From Candidatus Woesearchaeota archaeon CG1_02_57_44 (GTDB taxonomy: Archaea; Nanobdellota; Nanobdellia; Woesearchaeales; CG1-02-57-44): DNA of 35,105 nucleotides. The notes under the pieces are model-generated. The model ran no database searches and had not been told where the DNA came from. It saw nothing but the letters and a program-made list of their open reading frames with translations. Every line of letters begins with the position of its first letter. Position 1 is the stretch's first letter. Below, in pieces: positions 1 to 8,337 of the stretch. Location: contig MNWW01000028.1 in NCBI GenBank assembly GCA_001871415.1, forward strand, positions 1 to 35,105, written 5' to 3'. The translations under genes were made by a program, and so were the position numbers.

Positions 1-114
1 GCTCAGGCTTCCGCCCGGATGACCTGAGCCGGCGTGGTGGATGACCTTGAGAGTCTGCACGCGCAGCTGGCGCGCTATCTCTTCAAGTTCCTTGATGTCG
101 TGAGTTGTTTCCAT
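1..114 (-). CDS. tkt: Transketolase (N-terminal part; gene runs off the window edge)
   Basis: Manual minus-strand translation from ATG at 114 gives METTHDIKELEEIARQLRVQTLKVIHHAGSGHPGGSLS. AGSGHPGGSLS is the transketolase N-terminal signature. Not in the supplied ORF track. Confidence 0.93.
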   Translation of the reverse strand, partial: METTHDIKELEEIARQLRVQTLKVIHHAGSGHPGGSLS

Positions 115-272
115 TATCGTGGCCAAGTTTGGTTTTGGTATATGTTTGTTGCGGTCGGATGGCGCAGGAAGGGTGGTATCTCTCCTGCGCCACTGTGGTG
201 GAGGGGGAGGTGCGGCGCCGTGGGCGCGGCGCCGCGTTGGGTAGTACGCCAGAAGCCACGAAGACCAAAGAC

Positions 273-400
273 GTAATACTTTATCATACATTATTGGCAT
301 CTTATATATAAATATTGCGCCAATGCTGGGCGTTTTCTGTCCGAAAGAGTCCTGCAACAGCAAGCCTTTATATACAAAAAGGTACTACATCATCATACAT
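273..400. promoter_or_regulatory. Divergent archaeal promoter region with repeated candidate operator
   Basis: AT-rich TATA-like tract at 301-316 (minus strand, for tkt) and TTTATATA at 367-374 (plus strand, 24 nt before ATG 399). A 19-nt direct repeat at 273-291 and 382-400 matches at 16/19 positions. Confidence 0.65.
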
Positions 401-1232
401 GAAAGACCGCATCGCGATAACCCTTGACGCGGGCCTGCTCACGCTCGTCGACAGCAAAGTGGGGGCGCAGTTGCAGAACCGCAGTCAGGCCATAGAGCAT
501 TTCCTGCGTCTGGGTCTCTTCGGGCACGCGAAGCTCGCGGGACTTATCATGGTCAGCGCGGAGCATCAGGAACGGGTGCTCGCGTTCGCAGGGAGCGGAC
601 CGTCAGGATCAAAGAAGGCGAAGAAGGGCAACAAGAGGGCCACCACGAGCGTGCAAAGAGACGAGCACGCGGGCAACGCCGACGCGCAGCCGCTCATATC
701 GCGCCAGACGCGCGCGCTCGCCGACGCTGGCTGCCAGCGTATCATCATCGTCACACAGGATGGTCCACAATTGAAGCGTCTTATTGATACCATTGCCAAG
801 AATAACGCGCAGGTGGTCACGAGGGACGTCAAAGGGACCGCGCAGGTCATCGCCGCAGCAGGTGAGGCGGGTATCGACTCACCGTTCTTCGCGTTGGGCG
901 GCGATATCAGTTTCTCCTGCTCGCTCGCGGCCATGATGGAATATCATCTGCGCCACGGCAAGGTCGCGACCATGGGTCTCATCTCCGGACCTGAACCGAC
1001 CAAGGCGGGATGCGCCATGCTATCCGGCGATGCTATCACGCACTTTGAGGAACGCCCCAGCAAGGCCGACAGCTACGTCATAAACGCGGGCATCTACTGC
1101 TTCTCGCCGACGATATTCTCCTTCATCGGCCCCAAGGATATCTCGCTTGAGCGTCACGTCTTTCCGCGTCTCGCCGAGGCAGGCCAGCTCATGGGCTGGT
1201 TCGTTCCGGGCGAGTATCGGCATGTGGGGTGA
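399..1232 (+). CDS. Ribbon-helix-helix (CopG/NikR-like) domain fused to a degenerate sugar-phosphate nucleotidyltransferase domain
   Basis: N-terminus MKDRIAITLDAGLLTLVDSKV...NRSQAIEHFL fits RHH. The C-terminal part has NTP_transferase features (KGTAQVI, ALGGDI, FEERP, INAGIYCF, SLERHVFP) but no GGxGTR motif and no LbH domain. Start moved to ATG 399 on TATA spacing. Confidence 0.85.
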   Translation: MKDRIAITLDAGLLTLVDSKVGAQLQNRSQAIEHFLRLGLFGHAKLAGLIMVSAEHQERVLAFAGSGPSGSKKAKKGNKRATTSVQRDEHAGNADAQPLISRQTRALADAGCQRIIIVTQDGPQLKRLIDTIAKNNAQVVTRDVKGTAQVIAAAGEAGIDSPFFALGGDISFSCSLAAMMEYHLRHGKVATMGLISGPEPTKAGCAMLSGDAITHFEERPSKADSYVINAGIYCFSPTIFSFIGPKDISLERHVFPRLAEAGQLMGWFVPGEYRHVG

Positions 1233-1241
1233 TGTCGCTGA

Positions 1242-2240
1242 TCAGACGCTGGTCAGGAATCCCCACCAGGGCGCTTTCTCATCGAGGATATCACCAGTAT
1301 CCTCCGCGTCGTAGATGGTGGTGAGCGTCATGTGGATGGGGATGAGCCCCAGCAGCATGCATGGCTCCTTGTGCTGGGCCAGATAGACCAGGCGCCCGCT
1401 GCTGCTCGTGACCGTGATCCTATAGTAATCGTCGAGGCGGTCAGGGATGGAAGCGACTTCTCTGCCCTGCACATAGACCTTGGCGTCGATTACCTCAGCG
1501 TCCTTCGCGATGATTGCGGTATCGTCGACCTGCAGGGTGTTCCCTGATACGGTGACCGCTCTGCTGCCGATGCGCGCGTGCAGTGTTGGCTTCCGGGCGC
1601 TGCCTGCTGACTGGTCTATGCCGGATGAGAGAGGGCCTGCTGCGCTCTGGTGTCGCTCCGGGACGCTCTGTGATAGAGCGCGATTGAGGGATGCAAGCTC
1701 CTCTTCAGCGCCGAGCTGCTGCAGGCCGCTGATGGCATGTGTCGCCTGTCTGAGAAGCTCGCTGCGCGCATCCTGTCTGCAGCGTGATTCCAGCAGGGCG
1801 AGCCGGGCCATGCCTTCTGAGAGGTTCTTTCGCGAAAGACCCGAGGAGGCCAGCTGCTCATCGCTGAGCCCTGCCAGTGCTTGTTGATGGAGCGCCTGCA
1901 AGTGCTCGGCCCGGCTGCAGCTGGTGATGCCGATCAGGCCGAACGTCCTTGCGATGGTCCAGGCGTCCCCGGCAAGCGCGTCACCCAGCAGGGGGGCGCT
2001 CGCCGCGAGCGAATGGATATCCTGCGTCTGGTTCCACAAGGGGTCGCTCTCATTGGTGATGCCCTGTTGCGTGCTGAGGGACTCGGCTTGCTGGAACGTC
2101 GGCTCAAGCATATCTGCTATCTGGTCGCTGAGGGTGTCTATGGCATCCGCGTGTGCGGCCGGGGCGGAAGTGACGCAGAAGCCAAGGACAAGCAAAGAGA
2201 CAAGAGCCCTATCCACGAAGTGCCGTTGGTTTCTTCGCAT
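1242..2240 (-). CDS. Secreted hypothetical protein with C-terminal LLGLIPI...DAEDTG...PWWGFL motif
   Basis: Signal peptide ending AHA-DA, helical middle region, and a C-terminal motif I recognise from uncharacterised DPANN/CPR proteins. Confidence 0.8.
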   Translation of the reverse strand: MRRNQRHFVDRALVSLLVLGFCVTSAPAAHADAIDTLSDQIADMLEPTFQQAESLSTQQGITNESDPLWNQTQDIHSLAASAPLLGDALAGDAWTIARTFGLIGITSCSRAEHLQALHQQALAGLSDEQLASSGLSRKNLSEGMARLALLESRCRQDARSELLRQATHAISGLQQLGAEEELASLNRALSQSVPERHQSAAGPLSSGIDQSAGSARKPTLHARIGSRAVTVSGNTLQVDDTAIIAKDAEVIDAKVYVQGREVASIPDRLDDYYRITVTSSSGRLVYLAQHKEPCMLLGLIPIHMTLTTIYDAEDTGDILDEKAPWWGFLTSV

Positions 2241-2252
2241 ATGATATCCTGC

Positions 2253-3317
2253 TCACCGTCTGTGGGAAGCGCCTCTCAGGAAGATTAGCAGCGCCAGGAG
2301 CGCGATGATAGCGACGCTCTCCGTCAGGATGATGCCATCGCGCAGGTCGGGTGCGATATTCCCGGCGTTCGTGTCTTCTGCTGGCATTGCGGCCAGAAGG
2401 GGTATCTCCCGCTGATAGGAGCCAAAGTCCGTGTCCACAATCAGTGTCAGTGTATAGCTGCCCGGCTCAGAAAACAGCAGCTTCTGAGGATTGCGATTGG
2501 ACAGCAGTCCCGTGCCGCCGGGGCCTGCGAGCGATCCTTGGATGACCGGCGTGACCTCCCTGCCGCCTACGCTCGCGCTGACGCGCAGGTAGCTCTCACC
2601 AAGAGGGATGCTGCTGTAGGGTGTGACGCAGCCAGGGTCTGCGCAGATGGAGGCCTCGACATCCAGCAGCTGCCCGGGGTTCGTCGCATTATTGGCGGCA
2701 TCATAGTCAAGCACTATCTGATAGAATCGGGAAGCGTTGTCCATGGCACCCGCAGTGACGCTGTATCGTGTCGCTTCCAGCGCTGACTGGCGCGCCGCGT
2801 ACGGCATGCTGGCCTGCGATGTCACCTCAGCATACAGCCCCGCAACCTGCTCGGCATACGCGCGCTGCTCGGACGAAGGCCTTGCCTGTAGGCTCTGGGA
2901 GAATGCCCTGCTGGCGAACTGCCAGCTGCCCTGGCATTCTGCGCGCAGCAGCGCGAGGGCGAGCGTATGCCACGCGCCAGGCACCTTGTCCTCCTGGTAG
3001 GTCACATCGTAGATGCTGCCCATGTCCTGCACAGCCTGGAATGCGGTCTGCATGACGCAGAGACCGATGCTGATGTCCCTGATATTCTCCAGCTCCCGCA
3101 GCGCGCTGTCATAGTCCTGCCTGTCCAGAGCCACGCGCAATCTCGCGAGCGCGGCGTCCGAGGCGTTGAGCGCCGCATCATCAGAGGGCGTCGCATGGAT
3201 GGCAGGCAGCAGCGCAGCGGCGATGAAGAGCGCAGCGAAGAGCGCGCATACAGGAGGCGCGAGCCATCGGTCACTGGTCCTGATGTAGGTGCGTCTTACC
3301 GGGGGGTGATAGCTCAT
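2253..3317 (-). CDS. Exported, C-terminally membrane-anchored hypothetical protein
   Basis: Hydrophobic signal (ALFAALFIAAALLPAIHA), helical region, Ig-like segment (EPGSYTLTLIV), and a C-terminal TM followed by basic residues. ATG 3317 directly follows the upstream stop (TAAGATG). Confidence 0.8.
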   Translation of the reverse strand: MSYHPPVRRTYIRTSDRWLAPPVCALFAALFIAAALLPAIHATPSDDAALNASDAALARLRVALDRQDYDSALRELENIRDISIGLCVMQTAFQAVQDMGSIYDVTYQEDKVPGAWHTLALALLRAECQGSWQFASRAFSQSLQARPSSEQRAYAEQVAGLYAEVTSQASMPYAARQSALEATRYSVTAGAMDNASRFYQIVLDYDAANNATNPGQLLDVEASICADPGCVTPYSSIPLGESYLRVSASVGGREVTPVIQGSLAGPGGTGLLSNRNPQKLLFSEPGSYTLTLIVDTDFGSYQREIPLLAAMPAEDTNAGNIAPDLRDGIILTESVAIIALLALLIFLRGASHRR

Positions 3318-3318
3318 C

Positions 3319-5736
3319 TTAGTGCGCCTCCCCCGCATAGGTGCGCTGCGCCCCGAGGCACTCAGGCAGCGTCGTTCTGCAGAAGAAATTCATGTTGTTG
3401 ATGTAGATGCAGTAGTCAAGCAGTGAGACCGAATAGGTCCCTTCCAGTGCGTCATGGGTGTCCACATTGCTGCCGCGCAGCGCGAAGGTCGAACCCTGAT
3501 AGGTCACTATGGTGTGCTGGCCGACGACATCGCTGGGCTGCGCCAGGATGCAGTACTCCGCGTCTCCTCCGGTGCAGTCGGCGAGACCGAACACGTTGGT
3601 GACAGTCCCCATCGGCTGCGCCAGGCTGATGAGCTGGGTCTTGGGCACGTCGCAGATGAACGCCCAGCGCTGGTCAAGCTGTTCTTCAGGTGTCGCAGTG
3701 GTATGCTTGAACTTCTTGATGGGGAAGAACTCCGGCGAGCTGATTTCATCGATGGGCCAGGCATAGGCGTTCCTGCTGGTGGTTATCTTCCCTGTCACCG
3801 GGTCGAACTCGTCTCCCATGGTATCAGGGTACGTCAGGCGGTATTCCTTGACCGTGCGCGCCTGCACGCCGTTGGTGTTGCCGCGCATGGCCACATTGAC
3901 CTTGAAGAGCTGATCGTCAGGCCCGTCTTTCCATGATGCCTTCAGCAGAGGGTCGCCATAGAGAATCATGATGGACCTCGTTGTTATGGGCAGGCTTGCG
4001 ACATACTGACCGAGGGTGATGCCGGTGATATCATAGTCATCCCAGCCCGTGGTTTCGACCGTGGTGCCGATGAATGCCGCTATCCAGTCGAACATGCGCG
4101 GCTCAAGCTGGTTGACCGAGAGGCAGCCTTCGTCGATGATGATGGTGCTCTTTCCCCGTGTGTTGATATCATAGACAGGCAGCACGCCGCCATGCGCATG
4201 GCTTATCCATAGCGTCTTATCCTGGACCGATGTCTCAATGCTCCCCATGATCACATCAGGGCCTGCCGCCGGGTCAACGATGCCGAGCGCATTGGCATAG
4301 CTCTGGTAGAGGGCGTAGCTGTTCTCCACATGCTTGCTCCGATAGAACGCGCCGTTAGACCATGAATAGGGCGGATACTCTATCTGCTGCGTGAAGAGCG
4401 CGTTCTGTCCGTGCAGGGAGATGACCCTGTCATAGTAGAATGCGCGGTTCATCAGGGCCGAGCTTCTGGCGATGTTCTGGTAGTTGTTGCCTCTGTCCGT
4501 GGCTATCCTGCCGTAATTCCAGACCACGTCATATTTTGCCGCGTCCAGGCGGCTGCGGGCTATATCATAGTCACAGCTGGCGTATTCCCATCCGCTCGTG
4601 CCCAGCCAGGGTGCATTGAGCTCGCGCGGGATGCTGTCGATGCTGGCCAGGATGAGCAGATACCCCTGTCCGGGATCGATGCTGTTCACATTCATGCCAA
4701 GGGCCTGCAGGCTGCGGGGGTTCTCTTCGAGCACGCGGTTGGTGCCAAAGTAGCGGGTGCCATCTACCTTGTAGGCGACCTGCGCGCTGACGATGGCGCA
4801 TTTCTCCGTGTCACCCGTGGCCGAGTAATGCTCGATGGGCAGGAGGAATGCCTTACGGTAGGCCGCGTAGTAGGGCGCGAGCATGCTGTTGTAGTCCTTG
4901 GGGATGTCCGTGCTGCCGGTGGTGGTGAATGCGTCGGTCAATACAAGGGTGACCGGGTCTGGATGGCTGTCAGCGTAGGATTTCTCTATGACCGCCACGT
5001 CATCCAGCCCGTCCACCACGACCTTGCGCGCGCCGGGGAACAGGTCATCCATGCCTGGCGGCAGGAATGGCATATTGCCCATGTCAGGGTTTGCCGCGTA
5101 CCAGGAGGCGTACATGGCATAGTAATAATCACTGGCCGTCGCGTAGGCCGTCACCTGCTGCCCTGCGTAATGCTTCTGCAGGAACGCGCGGACATCTGCC
5201 TCGCTGGTGATGGAGGTCACCGTGGTTATCTGCAGGTCCTCCAGGAAATTCTGTGTCGCGATGTGCCTCGCGGGCGCCTGCGTGTCGATGAGCAGCGGGA
5301 TGTGCTCGCGCACCGCTATGCCGACGAGCGGGAAGACCAGCTTCCAGTCCGGCTTGACCACGAGCGCCTCAGTCGGCGCTGGCTCTGTGCCATCGACGAA
5401 ATGGATGTTGTGAGTGACAGGCGCGCTGGCCGAGAACACCCGTGGCGAGAGGCTGTTCATGTCTAAGTCGACGGTCCCTGCGCCGCTGAGCATGCGCTCC
5501 TCCCTGCAGGTGGGAAGGCTGGTGACATCGATCTGCTCACCCGTGTCAGTATCGGTGATGGTGGCAGTTGTTGTAGGCACTTGCTGCTCGCTTTGTGTCT
5601 GCTCGTTCCACATGGTGACCGTCCCCGGGTTATACTGCACATCAAGGTTGGAGAACGCTGGCTGGCTGGGAGTCGCTGCCAGTGCCGGCATGGCGCAGAG
5701 CAGGACGAGGAGAAGCGAGACAGATGACAATCGCAT
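3319..5736 (-). CDS. Secreted C25 (gingipain-like, clan CD) cysteine peptidase family protein
   Basis: Signal peptide MRLSSVSLLLVLLCAMPALA. C25-like motifs occur in the expected order: LLILASIDSIP, ASCDY, YGRIA, HAHGG (His), IIIDEGC (Cys), AAFIGTT, ILYGDPLL. Start is 5736 or 5751; the longer track ORF runs through a tandem repeat. Confidence 0.7.
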   Translation of the reverse strand: MRLSSVSLLLVLLCAMPALAATPSQPAFSNLDVQYNPGTVTMWNEQTQSEQQVPTTTATITDTDTGEQIDVTSLPTCREERMLSGAGTVDLDMNSLSPRVFSASAPVTHNIHFVDGTEPAPTEALVVKPDWKLVFPLVGIAVREHIPLLIDTQAPARHIATQNFLEDLQITTVTSITSEADVRAFLQKHYAGQQVTAYATASDYYYAMYASWYAANPDMGNMPFLPPGMDDLFPGARKVVVDGLDDVAVIEKSYADSHPDPVTLVLTDAFTTTGSTDIPKDYNSMLAPYYAAYRKAFLLPIEHYSATGDTEKCAIVSAQVAYKVDGTRYFGTNRVLEENPRSLQALGMNVNSIDPGQGYLLILASIDSIPRELNAPWLGTSGWEYASCDYDIARSRLDAAKYDVVWNYGRIATDRGNNYQNIARSSALMNRAFYYDRVISLHGQNALFTQQIEYPPYSWSNGAFYRSKHVENSYALYQSYANALGIVDPAAGPDVIMGSIETSVQDKTLWISHAHGGVLPVYDINTRGKSTIIIDEGCLSVNQLEPRMFDWIAAFIGTTVETTGWDDYDITGITLGQYVASLPITTRSIMILYGDPLLKASWKDGPDDQLFKVNVAMRGNTNGVQARTVKEYRLTYPDTMGDEFDPVTGKITTSRNAYAWPIDEISSPEFFPIKKFKHTTATPEEQLDQRWAFICDVPKTQLISLAQPMGTVTNVFGLADCTGGDAEYCILAQPSDVVGQHTIVTYQGSTFALRGSNVDTHDALEGTYSVSLLDYCIYINNMNFFCRTTLPECLGAQRTYAGEAH

Positions 5737-5796
5737 GGCGTTGGTTCTCATGGTGCACGTATGGTAGTGTCGGGGCTGGCGTTGTCTTCGGGGGTG

Positions 5797-5868
5797 CGGT
5801 ATCATCTGCATTCGGTACTGTCTGCATTCAGTACCGTCTGCATTCGGTACTGTCTGCATTCAGTACCA
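5797..5868. repeat. Intergenic 16-bp tandem repeat (about 4.5 units) with alternating inverted octamers
   Basis: Units: tctgcattCGGTACTG (5805), tctgcattCAGTACCG (5821), tctgcattCGGTACTG (5837), tctgcattCAGTACCA (5853), preceded by partial CGGTATCA (5797). Confidence 0.95.
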
Positions 5869-5869
5869 T

Positions 5870-6553
5870 CTACACATGATGCATCGTGCTGTGGACAACA
5901 GGCAATATAATACTTTCGCCTGTCTGGTCATCGACAATGCGATAGGTGACTATCTGGGTGATGTCCACTCCTATCCTGGTCTGTGCCACGGCCTGCACGA
6001 TATGGATGCCGTCGTGGCGCACAGCATAGGGGATGTTCAGGGGATTCGCATGGATGGCGTCATAGAGCTGTCGGTAAAATTCCTCGAGTGCTGCGACGCG
6101 GTAGGGATAGGTCTGCTCGTAGCCTTGCAGGTGCAGGACCCCGACAGGGCTTCTGGCCTCCAGCGGGAACTGGAAGGCGAGGCCGAGAGGATCCTCAGAG
6201 GTCCTGGCATAGGTCAGATGGCCATACCTGATGGAGAATCCGGACAGTTCAAAGTCACGAAGCCGCCCAAGGCAGGTGCGCGCCTGTGTCGCGATATCCG
6301 ACGAGAGCTTATCTCCAAGAGGATAGTCCCGTGAGATAGCCCGGGGAAGCGCTCCCTGTGCGCCAGCGGTGGCGAAGCAGAGGCCGTAGAAGTCCGCGAC
6401 GCGCAGGGCGCCTTCGCGCAGGGAATAATACTCCTGTGTCCCTAAGGTCACGCGCGTGCTCCATACCAGGTGCTGCGCATAGAGCAGGATGCTCACCGAC
6501 AGTATGAGCACGACGCCAAGGATGAGGAACGGGGTGATCTCTCCTCGGGCCAT
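5870..6553 (-). CDS. Class III signal peptide (type IV pilin-like) protein
   Basis: N-terminus MARG|EITPFLILGVVLILSVSILLY resembles the archaeal prepilin motif (K/R-G followed by a hydrophobic helix), of the RGQ(I/V)TxFIIxG type. Confidence 0.7.
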   Translation of the reverse strand: MARGEITPFLILGVVLILSVSILLYAQHLVWSTRVTLGTQEYYSLREGALRVADFYGLCFATAGAQGALPRAISRDYPLGDKLSSDIATQARTCLGRLRDFELSGFSIRYGHLTYARTSEDPLGLAFQFPLEARSPVGVLHLQGYEQTYPYRVAALEEFYRQLYDAIHANPLNIPYAVRHDGIHIVQAVAQTRIGVDITQIVTYRIVDDQTGESIILPVVHSTMHHV

Positions 6554-6710
6554 GTGGAGCTACGGGCTGGCGCAGTTGATATTTCTTTTGTTCCCATTGT
6601 CTGGTAGGGTTAGGGACATTCAGGGTTTCGTGCGTCCGTTGCTGATATGGCGCGTCACAGACCGGTGCGCGAAGTAGCGCTGTTCTCTGCGCTGTTGTCC
6701 TGCGCAGGCC

Positions 6711-7961
6711 TCAGGAATCCGGCTGGCCCGAGGTGCGCTTGCCTTTGCCCTGCCGCAGCGCATCTTGCAGCGCGCTTCGCAACGCGTCCTGCACCGCTGG
6801 CACGGTTATCGCCTTCATGCACTGCTGCTCCTTGTCGGTTCCCGTGAACCTGCATTCCGGAACGCTCCCGCGATGCACATTGATGCAAGGCGAGTACGGG
6901 CAGCACCCTCCACGATAGACCGAGACATTCTCTTTCCCGAGCGGCGCGAAGCGTGAAGGAACATTAGGCCCGAACAATCCTACGACTTTGCATCCCTGCG
7001 CGGCCGCGATGTGCATAGGCCCGGTGTCATTGGAGAGCATAAGGTCACATTCCTTGCAGACAGCCGCGAGCTCTTCCAGGGACAATTGCCCAGCGAGATT
7101 CAGGACGCGTTCGTGGCGGGTGCTGCTCGCTGTTGCTCCCTGGTCTTTTCCGCTCGTCCCTGACATCCGCGCCACGCTCTCGCACACCGCAGCATCGCCC
7201 TTCCCTCCCACGAGAACGACACCCATCCCTCGCTCACGCGCCCACGCCACTACCTTGGCCATACGAGACATTGGCCACATACGGCTTTTTGCCGAGTCGG
7301 CCACAGCAGGAGCGACGCAGAGCAGTGGCCTGCCAACCCCCTTCAGCAGTGAGCGGGCCCTGGCGCGTGCCGCGCTTGAGACCTTGAGTTCAATCAGCTT
7401 GTCAGGATAGGGGACCTTGGATGTGGACACAAGCAACGGCTTGGCAAGGTCGATGAACGCGTGGCTTTCATGCAGGGTATCATCGAGCCGCACAGTGTCT
7501 GTATAGAGCATGCCGCGTGGCCAGAGCGAAAATCCCAGTCGTCGACGCGACAGCAGCAGCGACAGCAGCGCGCTGCCATTGCTGAAGGGTTCCGTGTCGA
7601 TAACGGCGTCATAGTGGCGCGACGGGCATCTGCCCCTGAGCGCGCGCAGCAGCCCGCCCGGGGCGCCGACATCCACCACCTCGTCGAACAGCCCGCTCAT
7701 GCGCAGCACCGCGCTGACCCTGCTGGTGGTTATCGCGTCGATGCGCGCATGGGGATGCTGCCTGCGAAGCTCCCTGACCATGGGCAGCGTCAGCACTGCT
7801 TCGCCCACAGCCCAGAGCCGCACGACCGCGATGCTGCGCACATCGGCGACAGGACGGGGTCGCGTCAATAGCTCAGGAATCGAGGCTATCTTTCCGCCGA
7901 GCACCAGCAGCGCGCCGAGGCTCTGGTCCGTCCAGCGCAGGGTTTTTCCGTTGAGGGTCAT
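6711..7961 (-). CDS. Glycosyltransferase family 9 (RfaF/WaaF heptosyltransferase-like)
   Basis: Motifs VRLWAVGEAVLTLP..LR..HPHARID, SRMWP, NLAGQLSLEELAA, SNDTGPMHIAAA..VVGLFGP and a Cys-containing C-terminal loop (CCPYSPC...C...CMKAI). Confidence 0.93.
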   Translation of the reverse strand: MTLNGKTLRWTDQSLGALLVLGGKIASIPELLTRPRPVADVRSIAVVRLWAVGEAVLTLPMVRELRRQHPHARIDAITTSRVSAVLRMSGLFDEVVDVGAPGGLLRALRGRCPSRHYDAVIDTEPFSNGSALLSLLLSRRRLGFSLWPRGMLYTDTVRLDDTLHESHAFIDLAKPLLVSTSKVPYPDKLIELKVSSAARARARSLLKGVGRPLLCVAPAVADSAKSRMWPMSRMAKVVAWARERGMGVVLVGGKGDAAVCESVARMSGTSGKDQGATASSTRHERVLNLAGQLSLEELAAVCKECDLMLSNDTGPMHIAAAQGCKVVGLFGPNVPSRFAPLGKENVSVYRGGCCPYSPCINVHRGSVPECRFTGTDKEQQCMKAITVPAVQDALRSALQDALRQGKGKRTSGQPDS

Positions 7962-8006
7962 GGTATCACGATAGCAGGCTATGGGTGCTGCACAGGTTCG
8001 CTTCTC

Positions 8007-8333
8007 CTACTTCTTGCGCAGCGCGATGTTCCTGGCGAGTGTGGTTATCTGCTGCTCTATGTTGTCCAGTCGCACCAGCAGCTTGAAGTTCAGATAGAAC
8101 AGGATGATGATGCTCGCGTAGAGTGCCAAATCAACGCCGCGCCCGATGCCTAGCGTCGTTGACGCCCTGACCAGCAGGTCCGGCGAGACAGCGACAATGA
8201 TCGCCACGATCCAGAGCGCTGCCCAGAAGAAGAACTGGTTGAAGGTGAGTTCGCCTCCCTTGAGCCGCAGCACAGCGCGCGAGAGCGCGAACGCCGCGAA
8301 AATGATGACCAATGCCTGTACGAATAATGCCAT
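8007..8333 (-). CDS. DUF2304 family membrane protein
   Basis: 108 aa with 3 TM helices, LGIGRGVDLALY and LDNIEQQITTLARNIAL. GAGGTGA Shine-Dalgarno upstream. Follows a GT2 gene, as is typical for this family. Confidence 0.9.
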   Translation of the reverse strand: MALFVQALVIIFAAFALSRAVLRLKGGELTFNQFFFWAALWIVAIIVAVSPDLLVRASTTLGIGRGVDLALYASIIILFYLNFKLLVRLDNIEQQITTLARNIALRKK

Positions 8334-8337
8334 GTGT

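Noticed and set aside
115..280. TPP riboswitch upstream of the TPP-dependent transketolase
   Set aside because: The conserved CUGAGA and CCUGAU-type elements are not visible on the minus strand.
34..311. Short track ORFs 34..276, 83..268 and 105..311
   Set aside because: They have no recognisable motifs and overlap the real minus-strand transketolase start and its leader.
5797..5868. Mini-CRISPR array
   Set aside because: The units are only 16 bp with no unique spacers, and no cas genes are present in the window.
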